Shown: positions 1 through 9,736, counted from the first letter of the stretch. The stretch is 32,000 nucleotides of DNA from Desulfotalea psychrophila LSv54 (GCF_000025945.1 NC_006138.1:1110001-1142000), one strand, 5' to 3'. Program-made: numbers and translations. Notes: a model not told the origin generated them from the letters alone.

Positions 1-17
1 CCCAGGCAAATGCAGGT

Positions 18-515
18 GTGCCCATGCTGGTTTTGGTTATGCCGGCATTTGCTGTAGCGCTGATCCCTGTCATTCTCATAGAGTCCCTCTATCTGGTCAG
101 AAGACTTGCCCTCAGGCCAAAATTAGTGGCAAAAACTGTGACCATCTCCAACCTGGTCTCAACCCTGGTGGGTATTCCGCTCACCTGGGTTCTTCTAACG
201 CTGGGGCAAATGGTAACAGGAGGTGGCTCGGCTCATGGAGTTGATACGGTTCTGGGCAAGGTGCTTGCCGTTACCTGGCAGGCACCGTGGCTGATCCCCT
301 ATGAAAGAGAGCTTAACTGGATGATTCCAGCAGCGGGCATAGTACTACTTGTGCCGTTTTTCTTTGTCTCCTGGTGGTCTGAGTATTTGGTCTCCAGAAG
401 ATTTTTAGGAAAAGTACCAGCTCAACAGCTAAAATTAGAGATTCGCAATGCAAATATCATCACCTACTCCCTGTTGGCCTGTTGGCCAATAGCTGTTCTG
501 CTCTTCGCTCGTTAA
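18..515 (+). CDS. hypothetical polytopic membrane protein (start uncertain, possibly 5'-truncated by the window)
   Basis: 165-aa ORF with several hydrophobic helices (LVLVMPAFAVALIPVILI, LVSTLVGIPLTWVLLTL, AAGIVLLVPFFFVSWW, SLLACWPIAVLLF). The listed start is GTG, and the frame stays open to the left window edge. No family recognised. Confidence 0.45.
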   Translation: MPMLVLVMPAFAVALIPVILIESLYLVRRLALRPKLVAKTVTISNLVSTLVGIPLTWVLLTLGQMVTGGGSAHGVDTVLGKVLAVTWQAPWLIPYERELNWMIPAAGIVLLVPFFFVSWWSEYLVSRRFLGKVPAQQLKLEIRNANIITYSLLACWPIAVLLFAR

Positions 516-723
516 ACAGGGCTTGGTAAACAGACGCCGAATCTGTCTCAGCGCCTGAGAACTCACAGTGAGGGTGACTTTCAGTGGAAAATTATGAGGG
601 GCAGGGGAGCGGCCCTCATTTGTCGGAGATCTCACCGACGAAGAGAGTTGGCATATCATCAATTACATAAAAACACTGTAAGCCTTCAGGCAATAGCTGC
701 GTGGCAGGAGGCGGGCAGAGTGA

Positions 724-755
724 GTGGATGGCCGTTTTCACTAAAGGCCATCCAC
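724..755 (-). terminator. stem-loop downstream of the first MCP gene (no clear U-tract)
   Basis: Perfect 10-bp inverted repeat, gtggatggcc (724-733) and ggccatccac (746-755), lying 17 nt past the MCP stop on the minus strand. No T-run follows, so function is uncertain. Confidence 0.35.
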
Positions 756-771
756 CCAAACACTCCTTCGA

Positions 772-2796
772 TTATACCTTAAACATGCCGACGATGGCGC
801 TCAGCTTGGCTGACATTTCATTCAATTTCGTTGCACTGAGGTTCACCTGGCCGATGCCACTTGATATTTCGCTGGTCTCCGAATTGACTTGGGTAATTTC
901 CTGGCTTATTTCACCTGCTACAGCTGAAGACTGATTTATGTTCTCGTTAACCTCGCTGATACCCTGAGAGACTTGGCTAATATTGGCGACGATTTCCGTT
1001 ATGGCCGTTGACTGTTCCTCAACGGCAGCGGCAATGATTGTAACAATGTCATTAACCCCGTCAATAACGGCAGAGGTTTCGTCAATCTCTTTAACCGCTG
1101 TGGTGGTTGTCTTTTGTACTCCCTCAATCTGGTTTTTAATATCAAGGGTCGCCTTGGCAGTCTGATTGGCAAGCTCCTTAATTTCGTTGGCTACCACGGC
1201 AAAGCCCTTGCCCGCCTCGCCAGCCCGGGCCGCCTCAATGGTTGCATTAAGGGCCAGAAGGTTGGTCTGTTCGGAGATCTCATTGATAACCTCTGTTACC
1301 TTGCTGATGGTAATAGCCGCCTCTTCAAGCTCTGACATTTTGCTGGAAGCGCTCTTGGCCTTTTGGACAGCCTTATCTGTAACATGTGTTGCCATCTCGG
1401 TGTTTTTAGCTATCTCATTAATGGTGGAGGTCATCTCCTCCGCAGCCGCTGCAACCATCCCGGTATTGGTGGTAGATTGCTCCATGGCCGCTGCCACATT
1501 GTTGAGATTGGTGGTCATCTCCTCGGTGGCTGTTGCCACGGTATTGGCTCGGACCGCTGTATTTTCAGCACCTGAGGATATCTGCACGGCAATGGCTGAG
1601 AGATCGGTGGAGGATCCGGCAACAACATTGGCGTTTTCACTAATCTCTGTGATTATTCCCTGAAGCTTTTCAATAAAGGTATTGAACCAGATGGCAAGCT
1701 CTCCTATCTCATCTCTACTTTTTACCTCAAGACGCATGGTGAGGTCGCCCTCTCCTTCGGCAATATCCTTCAGGCCGGCAACTGCAATTTTGATGGGTTT
1801 TACGATGGTGCCAGATACCAGGAAGATTACAATAGCGGCCAACAGCACAGATATGATGCCGGTGATGATGCAACTATATGTCATTTCTCTGGATTCCTGC
1901 AGTACTCTCTCCATGGGGATTTCAACGGAAAAGGACCATGGGGTATCTGAATTGCCGATATAGGAGGGGACAAAGACCCTGTAAACATCTGTTTTCAGGG
2001 TTTCAGAGTAGGAAATCATGGTGAAAATTTCACCGTTCTCTATGGCCTGCTTGGCCTTTCTCAGGAGTTTTGTGGCTCCGATATCCTTGCCGACTCTCTC
2101 CTTATCCGGATGAGCGACATACTTGCCCGCATTGGAGATTAGACTTGCTACGCCGGTTCCATATGGCCTTATTTTTGTTACCATCTCCGTCAGCCCTTCC
2201 AGGACAATATCGATGCCAACAACACCGATGCATCGGCCCTTATAGACTATGGGTACTGTGGCGGTGGTCATCAGAGAGTGAAGATCCGGATCCTCATAGG
2301 GTTCAATGAGCACTTCTTTCCCGAGTCTTTTTGGCAGGGTGTAGAATTCGTTTGATAAAGATGCCTCATAGGCTACTGATTCTATGGTAGGGGCAGCAAC
2401 GATGCTGCTTCCTTCCCGGTGAAACCATGGAGAGTAGTGCTTTGTGAAAATTGTTTTTGGATCTACCATCACCCAGATGCCTGAGAACTTGGGGCTTTTC
2501 TCTAAAATACGCCTTAGGGAATTATCAAGCAACTCCCTCTCCGGCTGTTTTTTGCCCATTAAGATAGCCTCATAGCTATGGGCCAGTATTCGTGCCGCAT
2601 CCATTGCCTCTTCAATATCTTCCTTGAGCTCTCCGCTGTAGCGAAAGGCAATCTGCTCGGTTTTATCAAAGGCCTCTTTTTTGACAATCGAATTTGCCTT
2701 GTTGCTTACCAGGCCAATGGTGAGAGTAAAGGCAATTACCACCACCGATAGGATTGAGAGCAACATCTTGGATCGTAAATTCAGTTTTGAGAACAT
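772..2796 (-). CDS. methyl-accepting chemotaxis protein: N-terminal TM, ~270-aa periplasmic Cache-like sensor, second TM, HAMP, MCP signalling domain
   Basis: 674 aa. Carries the highly conserved MCP hairpin-tip motif [32 protein letters not shown], two TM segments ([19 protein letters not shown] and [20 protein letters not shown]), and HAMP-like [29 protein letters not shown] aaaggag lies 9 nt before the ATG. Confidence 0.92.
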   Translation of the reverse strand: MFSKLNLRSKMLLSILSVVVIAFTLTIGLVSNKANSIVKKEAFDKTEQIAFRYSGELKEDIEEAMDAARILAHSYEAILMGKKQPERELLDNSLRRILEKSPKFSGIWVMVDPKTIFTKHYSPWFHREGSSIVAAPTIESVAYEASLSNEFYTLPKRLGKEVLIEPYEDPDLHSLMTTATVPIVYKGRCIGVVGIDIVLEGLTEMVTKIRPYGTGVASLISNAGKYVAHPDKERVGKDIGATKLLRKAKQAIENGEIFTMISYSETLKTDVYRVFVPSYIGNSDTPWSFSVEIPMERVLQESREMTYSCIITGIISVLLAAIVIFLVSGTIVKPIKIAVAGLKDIAEGEGDLTMRLEVKSRDEIGELAIWFNTFIEKLQGIITEISENANVVAGSSTDLSAIAVQISSGAENTAVRANTVATATEEMTTNLNNVAAAMEQSTTNTGMVAAAAEEMTSTINEIAKNTEMATHVTDKAVQKAKSASSKMSELEEAAITISKVTEVINEISEQTNLLALNATIEAARAGEAGKGFAVVANEIKELANQTAKATLDIKNQIEGVQKTTTTAVKEIDETSAVIDGVNDIVTIIAAAVEEQSTAITEIVANISQVSQGISEVNENINQSSAVAGEISQEITQVNSETSEISSGIGQVNLSATKLNEMSAKLSAIVGMFKV

Positions 2797-3131
2797 ACAG
2801 CATACTCCTTTTGGATGAGAACGAGACCTCTCTTCGGCTTCCTGTTACTTTTGGGGCAGAAAAAGGGGGGACTAAACTCGGTAAAACCTACACATGTCAT
2901 GCTTTGATAGAGAGCTATGGGGTTCTGAGCTTCTCGGTATCTTTTCATGAAAGTCTTAGCCTACCCATTTTATATGGACATTGGAAGAGGTAACTTATTG
3001 TAATTGCAGAACAAGCCTAACAGGTGTGTTTTTAGGAGGCGATCGAGCTGAGGCTAAGGCGTAGAGAATGGGTATTTTTTCTTTTTGAGAACAAAGGCTG
3101 GTGTAGCTGCGATTATTCGTAATATATTTCG
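772..3131. repeat. tandem duplication, copy A (MCP gene plus ~335 bp of upstream leader)
   Basis: Aligns colinearly with 3292-5651 at an offset of exactly 2520 bp. Similarity starts at the stop codon and fades near 3131/5651, with shared blocks such as gctgaggctaaggc and gagaaYaaagg. Confidence 0.8.
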
Positions 3132-3241
3132 TTCTTTGTGTGCTAATGGAGATGGTATAGTGGTCAATGGCTACGCTTTTGCCTGAAAAGTTAGCTTGTG
3201 CTAATAGGCTATGGGGGCACGATGGCCTGTCCGTGACCAGG

Positions 3242-3284
3242 AAAAATGGGGGGCGCACGGTATCAGGTCGCAGCGATCCCCCCA
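3242..3284 (-). terminator. rho-independent terminator of the second MCP gene
   Basis: On the minus strand, a G6 arm (3278-3283) pairs with a C6 arm (3248-3253) with inner cgc/gcg pairing, followed directly by TTTTT (plus-strand A-run 3242-3246). It begins 8 nt after the stop at 3292. Confidence 0.55.
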
Positions 3285-3291
3285 CTTTCAT

Positions 3292-5316
3292 CTATACCTT
3301 AAACATACCGACGATGGTACTGAGCTTGGCAGACATCTCATTGAGTTTTTGGGCACTGAGGTTCACCTGGCCGATGCCATTTGATATTTCCCCGGTTTCC
3401 GAATTGACCTGGCTAATTTCCCTGGTTATTTCGCCTGCCACATTTGAACACTGATTTATGTTCTCATTAACCTCTTCAATACCCTGAGAGGCCTGGCTGA
3501 TATTGGTGACGATTTCATTTATGGCTGTTGACTGTTCCTCGACGGCCGCGGCAATAATTGTCACAATGTCATTAACCCCGTCAATAACGGTTGAGGTCTC
3601 GTCAATCTCTTTAACCGCTGTGGTGGTTGTTTGTTGCACCCCCTCAATTTGGGTTTTTATGTCAAGAGTCGCCTGGGCCGTTTGCTGGGCAAGCGCCTTG
3701 ATCTCGTTGGCCACCACGGCGAAGCCCTTGCCTGCCTCTCCTGCCCGGGCTGCCTCAATGGTTGCGTTGAGGGCAAGAAGGTTGGTCTGCTCGGAGATCT
3801 CATTGATCACCTCTGTTACCTTGGTAATGGTAATGGCTGCCTCCTCAAGCTCTGACATTTTACTGGAAGCGCTCCTGGCCTTCTGGACGGCCTCATCGGT
3901 AATCCGGGTTGCCATTTCGGTATTTTTCGCTATCTCATCAATGGTGGCGTTCATCTCCTCTGCCGCTGCAGCAACCATCCCGGTATTGGTGGTAGACTGC
4001 TCCATGGCGGCGGCCACACTGCTGAGATTGGCGGTCATCTCCTCTGTGGCTGTTGCCACGGAATTGGTCCGGCTTGCTGTATTTTCAGCACCCAAAGATA
4101 TCTGCACAGCAACGGATGACAGATCGGTGGAGGATCCGGCAACAACATTAGCATCTTCGCCAATCTGTTTGATTATTCCCTGGAGTTTTTCAACAAAGGT
4201 ATTGAACCAGTGGGCAAGCTCTCCTATCTCATCCCTGTTTTTCACCTCAAGACGCATGGTAAGGTCGCCCTCTCCTTCTGCAATATCCTTCAGGCTGGCA
4301 ACGGCAATTTTAATGGGTTTGACAATGGAACCAGAGACAAAGAAGATGGTTAAAGCAGTCAACAGCACCGATATGATGCCGGTAATGATGCAGGTATAGG
4401 TGATATTTCTGGATTCCTCCAGAACCTTTTCCATGGGGATTTCAACGGAAAAGGACCAGGGGCTATCTGAATTTCCGATATAGGAGGGGACAAAGATCCT
4501 GTAGGTATCTGTCTTTAGTTTTTCAGAATAGGAGGACATTGTAAAAATTTTACCGTCCCTTATGGCCTGCTTGGCCTTTTTGAGGAGTTCTGTATTTCCG
4601 ATGTCCTTGCCGACTCTCTCCTTATCCGGATAGGCAACATATTTTCCTGCATTGGAGATCAGACTCGCCACCCCCGTTTCATATGGTCTGATTTTTCTTA
4701 CCATTTCTGTCAGCTCGTCCAGGACAATATCGATGCCGACAACACCGATGCATCTACCATTATGGATTATGGGGACTGCGGCGCTGGTCATCAGGGTGTG
4801 AATATCCGGATCCTCATAGGGCTCAATGAGCACCTCTCTCTTGAGCCTTTTTGGCAGGGCGTAGTATTCCTCGGCTGCAGCTGCTTCATAGTCCTTTAAG
4901 TCCGTGGTAGGGTCAGCAACGATGTTACCCTCTTTTCTGTGGAACCAGGGATAATAGAACGTCTCAAAAATCGTGTTGGGTTCTACTGCTACCCAGATGC
5001 CTGTGAAGTTGTTGTTTTTTTTCAGGATATGTCTTAAGGAGCTATCAAGCAGTTCCTTTTCCGGCCGTGTTTTGCTTATCAGGATGGCCTCATAGCTATG
5101 GGCCAGGATGCGTGCCGCATCCATCGCCTCTTCAATGTCCTCCCTGATCTCTCCGCTGTAACGGAAGGCAATCTGCTCGGTTTTTGCAAAGGCCTCCTTT
5201 TTTACAATTGAATTTGCCTTATTGCTTACCAGGGTAATGGTTACGACAAAGGCAATGACAACCACCGATAGGATTGCCAGCAACATTTTGGATCGTAAAT
5301 TCAGATTTGCGAACAT
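3292..5316 (-). CDS. methyl-accepting chemotaxis protein, paralog of 772-2796 (same architecture)
   Basis: Also exactly 674 aa and gap-free against the neighbouring copy. Same signalling-tip motif, HAMP and TM layout. RBS aaaggag lies 9 nt before the ATG. Confidence 0.92.
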   Translation of the reverse strand: MFANLNLRSKMLLAILSVVVIAFVVTITLVSNKANSIVKKEAFAKTEQIAFRYSGEIREDIEEAMDAARILAHSYEAILISKTRPEKELLDSSLRHILKKNNNFTGIWVAVEPNTIFETFYYPWFHRKEGNIVADPTTDLKDYEAAAAEEYYALPKRLKREVLIEPYEDPDIHTLMTSAAVPIIHNGRCIGVVGIDIVLDELTEMVRKIRPYETGVASLISNAGKYVAYPDKERVGKDIGNTELLKKAKQAIRDGKIFTMSSYSEKLKTDTYRIFVPSYIGNSDSPWSFSVEIPMEKVLEESRNITYTCIITGIISVLLTALTIFFVSGSIVKPIKIAVASLKDIAEGEGDLTMRLEVKNRDEIGELAHWFNTFVEKLQGIIKQIGEDANVVAGSSTDLSSVAVQISLGAENTASRTNSVATATEEMTANLSSVAAAMEQSTTNTGMVAAAAEEMNATIDEIAKNTEMATRITDEAVQKARSASSKMSELEEAAITITKVTEVINEISEQTNLLALNATIEAARAGEAGKGFAVVANEIKALAQQTAQATLDIKTQIEGVQQTTTTAVKEIDETSTVIDGVNDIVTIIAAAVEEQSTAINEIVTNISQASQGIEEVNENINQCSNVAGEITREISQVNSETGEISNGIGQVNLSAQKLNEMSAKLSTIVGMFKV

Positions 5317-5651
5317 ACAGTGTACTCCTTTTAGATGAAAATGAGACCTCTCTTCGGCTCCCTGTTACTTTGGGGCAGAAAAAGGGGGGATTAAACTCGG
5401 TAAGACCTACGCATATCACACTTCGATAAAGAGCTATGGGGTTCTGAGCTGCTCAGGCCTCCTGATGAAGAACTTAGCCTACTCATTTCGTCAGGATATG
5501 AAAAGAGGTAACTTATTGAAATAAAAGAGTTAAATTGACAGGGTGGCCAGGCGGAGGGTGGTGGGCTGAGGCTAAGGCCTTGGGGATGCGTTTTTTTTTG
5601 CCTGGAGAATAAAGGTAAAGGAAAATGTCTTTTGACCGAAATATATTAATT
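3292..5651. repeat. tandem duplication, copy B (MCP gene plus upstream leader)
   Basis: See copy A. The two copies are separated by about 160 bp of unique sequence (3132-3291), which holds the copy B terminator. Confidence 0.8.
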
Positions 5652-6337
5652 TTTTTCATTTTAGATGAGCTTTTATAAGGCAGATTAATTTTTTTTCAGC
5701 AAAGATCAAGCTACTCTAAGAACTTGCAGGTGGGTGATCGACGATCCATGCACCGAGGAGACATTGTCTAGGCAGAGAGACCCATGGCCAGTCGTTTGCC
5801 TTTAATGCGTTGGTCCATGATCTCTGCTGCCCTCATATAATCTGCCCCGAGCAAAGAGGAGATGCTCAAGCCATCTCTTCCGTTTCCACACCTTAAACAT
5901 GCAATGATGGCAGGCAGCTGGGGGCTGATATCTCATTTGCTCTCCTGGCCCTGAGGTTCGGTCTCGAATATTCCCTTCCAGATGAGAACCTGCTATCCCG
6001 TCAAGGCAAGTCGCCAGGGTATAACTCTCTACTGTTATTGGTGTTTTTTAATTATCCGGCAAGATTAATAGGATTAACCTATTTGACAGATCGGCCAGAA
6101 AATGATTTTGTCCAGTGTAGAGGATGGCCCTCGTGTCTTCTCCTCTCAATAATAAGATGAGTAAGAACAGACCACTGTCTTTTTTTAATTCAGATATTGT
6201 GGTTGCTACTCCTGCTGGGATGCAGGCCTTTGCGGAAAGCAGAAGAGCCGTATAGGGACGAGGTATATTACACGCCTGTGCACTGTCCCAAGGGGCAGAA
6301 TGGCAAAATGATCATTGATAAAAACAAGGAAAAAATT

Positions 6338-6670
6338 ATGCTTACAGTGACACCCTTCGCAATAGAAAATCTTAAGAAGTATATGACAGACAATAAAATA
6401 GAATCCGCCCTACGCATTGCCCTGATGAATGGCGGTTGCTCCGGTAATGTACTCGGTCTTGCCCTTGATAAAGAGGGAGAAAAAGACCAGATCCTTACGG
6501 AAGGGGGCATTACCTTTCTGGTGGAGGAGGGGCTTGCTCAGCAGTGCGGTGCTATCACCCTTGACTACCTTGATCAGGGCGCTCGCTCGGGTTTTGCCAT
6601 CTCTTCAGAAAACCCTGTGGCGGGGGGCGGTGGATGTTCCTCTGGATCCTGCGGTTCCTGTGGACAATAG
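6338..6670 (+). CDS. IscA/HesB-like Fe-S cluster insertion family protein with a Gly/Cys-rich C-terminus
   Basis: MLTVTPFAIENLKKY..., LRIALMNGGCSGNVLGLALD, and GFAISSENP followed by GGGGCSSGSCGSCGQ resemble the HesB/IscA fold. ATG 6338 is preferred (aagga 8 nt upstream). ATG 6308 is possible. The listed TTG at 6197 is unlikely. Confidence 0.65.
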   Translation: MLTVTPFAIENLKKYMTDNKIESALRIALMNGGCSGNVLGLALDKEGEKDQILTEGGITFLVEEGLAQQCGAITLDYLDQGARSGFAISSENPVAGGGGCSSGSCGSCGQ

Positions 6671-6733
6671 GGGGGGGGACACTAGGGACAGAACAGGGTT
6701 TGCATCCTGCTAAGGGGTGGCCTTGTTGCCAGC

Positions 6734-6773
6734 AAAAAAAGGGACAGTGCCGGAGAGGTGCTGTCCCTTTTTT
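6734..6773. terminator. bidirectional rho-independent terminator between convergent genes
   Basis: A 10-bp stem (gggacagtgc / gtgctgtccc, including G-U pairs) at 6741-6767, flanked by A7 (6734-6740) and T6 (6768-6773). It sits between the IscA-like stop and the ABC ATPase stop at 6775. Confidence 0.7.
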
Positions 6774-6774
6774 A

Positions 6775-7509
6775 TTAGAGAATTTGTTTGAGGAAGAGTT
6801 TGGTGCGCTCGTTTTGCGGATTGGTGAAAAAATGTTCGGGCTTACCCTCTTCCTGGATTTGGCCATCATCCATGAAGACTACCCGGTCCGCAACCTCACG
6901 GGCAAAGCCCATTTCATGGGTGACCACCACCATGGTCATGCCCTCCTTAGCAAGATCTTGCATAACATCAAGTACCTCGCCTACCATTTCAGGATCAAGG
7001 GCTGAAGTTGGTTCGTCAAAGAGAAGTACCTTGGGTGACATGGCAAGGGATCTGGCAATGGCAACACGCTGCTGTTGACCGCCGGAGAGCTGGTCAGGAT
7101 AGGCAGCGGCTTTCTGGGATAGGCCAACTTTTTCCAACAGTTCCATGGAGATTTTGTCCGCCTCCGCCTTGCGGGTCTTGCGTACAGATATCTGGGCCAT
7201 GGTGATATTTTCCAGCACCGTGATATGGGGAAAGAGGTTGAAGGATTGGAAAACCATTCCTACCTCGGCCCGGACGGCATTAATAGCACATTTTGGATCA
7301 AGTATATTCACTCCATCGATAACAATGCTTCCCGCATCTGCATATTCCAATCGGTTAAGACAACGGAGAAAGGTTGACTTGCCGGAGCCGGAGGGGCCAA
7401 TAACAACAACAACTTCAGCCGGTTTTACAGTTAGCGAAACATCTTTTAGCGCGTGCAATGTGCCGCTTGGGGTTTCAAAGTATTTATGGATGTTTTTGGC
7501 AGTGATCAT
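6775..7509 (-). CDS. polar amino-acid ABC transporter ATP-binding protein (GlnQ/HisP-like)
   Basis: Walker [10 protein letters not shown], signature [13 protein letters not shown], Walker [13 protein letters not shown]-loop VVVTHEM. Start set at [11 protein letters not shown] (ATG 7509), which overlaps the permease stop as ATGA. The longer listed ORF adds a non-homologous 28 aa. Confidence 0.9.
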   Translation of the reverse strand: MITAKNIHKYFETPSGTLHALKDVSLTVKPAEVVVVIGPSGSGKSTFLRCLNRLEYADAGSIVIDGVNILDPKCAINAVRAEVGMVFQSFNLFPHITVLENITMAQISVRKTRKAEADKISMELLEKVGLSQKAAAYPDQLSGGQQQRVAIARSLAMSPKVLLFDEPTSALDPEMVGEVLDVMQDLAKEGMTMVVVTHEMGFAREVADRVVFMDDGQIQEEGKPEHFFTNPQNERTKLFLKQIL

Positions 7510-8516
7510 CGCAGGCTTTTCCTTTCTAGATGTTGAACGCAAAGAGACAGGGCAAAGGTTAGAACAAGATAGAGAAGGGCGCAGGTTATCCACATCTCAT
7601 AGGGCATAAGAGAGCTACTGACAATTTCTCTTGTGGCCTTAGTAACCTCTCGAATGGCAATTACACCGAGTAGCGATGAATCTTTAATAAGGCTAATAAA
7701 CTGTCCGGCAAGTGGTGGCATAATACGTCGAAGTGCCTGGGGCAGGATGACCTTGCGCATAGATTCCGCATAGGTCAGCCCCAGAGAGCGAGCCGCCTCC
7801 ATCTGGCCGCGATGCACAGACTGAATACCGGCCCGAACGATCTCGGCGGTATAGGCACCGGTAAAGGTGGCCAGGGCAATGACCCCGAACCAAAGGGGAG
7901 GAACGCCACCAATGCCTATTTGCGTGAGGAAGGCATTAATCAGGTTGCCCACCACAAAATACCATAGAAATATCTGTACCATCAGCGGGGTGCCACGGAT
8001 GAGCTCGATATAGATAATGGAGAACCACTTGAGGAGCGGATTTTCAGAAACGCGGGACAGTCCGGTTAAGATACCAAGGGTAATACCTATAATTATGGCA
8101 AAGAAAGACACCTTGAGAGTAATCCATAAACTGATCAAGAGCATTCCAGGCTGGCTGACCTTATAGCTTGCCACCAGGTCTCCCTCGTAGGCATAATCAC
8201 CCTCTGTGAGGAGAATCTCAGCATCGGCAGGTGCTTGCAAGGTTTCGGTATAGGCACCATCCATAATGCTAATGGAATATCCCTCTGGCCCTTTGATTAT
8301 TTTTTCAATATCACCGGCAACCTCCGCACGGACCTCTATGGTTTTATCTAACCAAAAATACTGGGGAACCTGTTTCCAGTTCCAGTTATATTCAACGTAG
8401 GAGGATGCTACATAGGTAAAACCTATGACGACAAGCATGCAGACAACAATGGCGGAGCGCCAAAACATGAAATAGCCGCGACTTTTGGGGGCATCTAGGC
8501 CAGAGTAGCGAGACAT
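7506..8516 (-). CDS. amino-acid ABC transporter permease with an extended N-terminal periplasmic region
   Basis: 336 aa. The C-terminal ~210 aa look like the His/Glu/Gln/Arg/opine permease family ([46 protein letters not shown]). The first ~130 aa are one TM plus a soluble segment. Confidence 0.85.
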   Translation of the reverse strand: MSRYSGLDAPKSRGYFMFWRSAIVVCMLVVIGFTYVASSYVEYNWNWKQVPQYFWLDKTIEVRAEVAGDIEKIIKGPEGYSISIMDGAYTETLQAPADAEILLTEGDYAYEGDLVASYKVSQPGMLLISLWITLKVSFFAIIIGITLGILTGLSRVSENPLLKWFSIIYIELIRGTPLMVQIFLWYFVVGNLINAFLTQIGIGGVPPLWFGVIALATFTGAYTAEIVRAGIQSVHRGQMEAARSLGLTYAESMRKVILPQALRRIMPPLAGQFISLIKDSSLLGVIAIREVTKATREIVSSSLMPYEMWITCALLYLVLTFALSLCVQHLERKSLR

Positions 8517-8547
8517 AAAAAGCTCTTCAGGTAAAATAACGTAAAAT

Positions 8548-8577
8548 GGGAGAGTGAGGTTGATGCCTCACTCCCCC
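8548..8577 (-). terminator. intercistronic stem-loop/attenuator between the binding-protein and permease genes
   Basis: gggagagtgagg (8548-8559) pairs with cctcactccc (8566-8575) with one bulged A. On the minus strand it is followed by attttacgttatttt. This fits the common arrangement that raises binding-protein transcript levels relative to the membrane components. Confidence 0.5.
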
Positions 8578-8620
8578 TTCTGGTACTCAATGGGCGACAA
8601 AAGTCACATACTACATGATA

Positions 8621-9442
8621 TTAACCGTCAATGAGAGATTCCCATTTGTTGCTCAGGAGCCATTTGGAGTAAATACGCTCATAGCGACCATCGTTCTTAA
8701 ATTGAAAGAGGAAATTGTTAATAAAGTTAGTTAAATCAGGGTCACCCTGCTTAAAACCAATGGCCATGGGCTCAAAGGTGAAGGGCTCTTTGAGGAGAAA
8801 AGTTTTATCACCACCCATGCGTTTTTGTAATACCTCAAGTACATGAAGGTCATAAACAAAGGCATCCGCACGACCACTGATAACTTCCTGGGCGCTATCG
8901 CTTGGCTGATCAAAAGATTTATACTGAGCCTTAGGGAGATATTTTCTTGCTGCCTCTTCACCGGTGGTACCGATGCAGGAAACAATCTTCATCTCAGGCT
9001 TGTTGAGATTACGATAGAGACGTATATCTTTTTCCTTGGACATATTGACCATGATTCCCTGGCCCATGAGTACATAGGGGTTAGAAAAGGCGATTTTAAG
9101 ATTACGCTGTTGGGTAAGGGTCATACCGGAGATGATGAGGTCAAACTTGTCCGAGAGAAGCGCGGGAATGAGACCATCAAAGTCCATATTAACAAACTTG
9201 ACCTTTACGCCCATGGATTTTGCAATTTCTTTACCAAGCTCAACATCAAAGCCGATAAGACGACCCTGTTTATTTGTCATCTCAAACGGAGGATAGGAGG
9301 CATTGAGACCAATGCGGAGCTCTCCATTTTTTACAATCGTGTTTAAACTGGAAGATTTACTCAAATTAATGTCTGCTGCAAAGGCACAGGTAGACATAAC
9401 CATGGTGAGCACCATGGCAATACATAACTTACCAAACTTCAT
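8621..9442 (-). CDS. amino-acid ABC transporter periplasmic substrate-binding protein (family 3 SBP)
   Basis: Signal peptide MKFGKLCIAMVLTMVMSTCAFA, then LRIGLNASYPPFE...GFDVELGKEIAKSMGVKVKFVNMDFDGLIPALLSDKFDLIISGMT, which is typical of this family. ATG 9442 is preceded by gaggagag. The listed upstream ATG at 9475 adds 11 residues ahead of the signal peptide and is not preferred. Confidence 0.85.
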   Translation of the reverse strand: MKFGKLCIAMVLTMVMSTCAFAADINLSKSSSLNTIVKNGELRIGLNASYPPFEMTNKQGRLIGFDVELGKEIAKSMGVKVKFVNMDFDGLIPALLSDKFDLIISGMTLTQQRNLKIAFSNPYVLMGQGIMVNMSKEKDIRLYRNLNKPEMKIVSCIGTTGEEAARKYLPKAQYKSFDQPSDSAQEVISGRADAFVYDLHVLEVLQKRMGGDKTFLLKEPFTFEPMAIGFKQGDPDLTNFINNFLFQFKNDGRYERIYSKWLLSNKWESLIDG

Positions 9443-9470
9443 CGCTTCTCTCCTCGGGGAAATAATTAGA

Positions 9471-9515
9471 AACAAAACAACTGGTTTGTTAGTTTAAATC
9501 GAATAACGACCAGTT
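9471..9515 (-). terminator. rho-independent terminator of the small zinc-ribbon gene
   Basis: Minus strand: aactggtcgtt ... aacaaaccagtt hairpin (9478-9515, one bulge) followed by gttttgttt (plus-strand 9471-9479). Confidence 0.5.
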
Positions 9516-9565
9516 AGAAATGCTCATAAAAATATTGGGTGATTTAGTAATAGTTGCTTGTAAAA

Positions 9566-9736
9566 TCAGTACTTTCCTTCGGTCAAAATCTCTTTAATGA
9601 CCATGGGGCGCCTGCACTTATCACACATTGGGATCTCTTCTTCCGGTACTGCTATAATTTTAGTTATGCGACAAATGGGACAAACAACCTCGATAAACTC
9701 ACGTTTATACCGTGCTTTAAAGAATTTTCCAGACAT
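9566..9736 (-). CDS. 56-aa zinc-ribbon protein (CxxC...CxxC), absent from the ORF track because it is under 60 aa
   Basis: My codon-by-codon translation is MSGKFFKARYKREFIEVVCPICRITKIIAVPEEEIPMCDKCRRPMVIKEILTEGKY, ending in TGA. A strong RBS (gcAGGAGGatctat) precedes the ATG, and the gene has its own terminator downstream. Confidence 0.55.
   Translation of the reverse strand: MSGKFFKARYKREFIEVVCPICRITKIIAVPEEEIPMCDKCRRPMVIKEILTEGKY

Noticed and set aside
2860-2960. A sigma28 (FliA) promoter upstream of the MCP genes, from CTAAGA-N15-ACCGAGAA in copy A and a conserved accgagttta block in both copies.
   Set aside because: The match to TAAA-N15-GCCGATAA is only partial. The better-matching element is not conserved in copy B, and the conserved block lacks a properly spaced -35. 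This is not enough to call a promoter.
983-4399. Long plus-strand ORFs antisense to the MCP genes (for example 1166-1663 at 165 aa and 3503-4399 at 298 aa, plus several of 60-95 aa).
   Set aside because: They lie opposite the Ala/Ser/Thr/Glu-rich coiled-coil signalling domain, whose codon bias suppresses stops on the opposite strand. Their translations are low-complexity (SSS/AAA/VVV) with no RBS. The MCP frames carry unmistakable family motifs.
5700-6000. A selenoprotein reading of the minus-strand fragment, with an in-frame TGA between ...PQGQESK and DISPQLPAIIACLRCG....
   Set aside because: There is no start codon, the TGA is not in a redox-motif context (CxxU/UxxC), and I could not identify a SECIS-like hairpin just downstream. 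A decayed pseudogene is the simpler explanation.
6197-7593. Extended N-termini in the ORF track, including IscA-like from TTG 6197 and ABC ATPase from 7593. The same issue applies to the SBP from 9475, ansA from 11908, ppiD from TTG 18356, the phosphoesterase from 22819, ltaE from 25996, the ligase from GTG 27320 and galE from GTG 29691.
   Set aside because: In each case the added residues precede the point where family homology begins. They lack an SD, or they overlap an upstream gene or terminator. An internal ATG with an SD, or an ATGA stop-start overlap, fits better.
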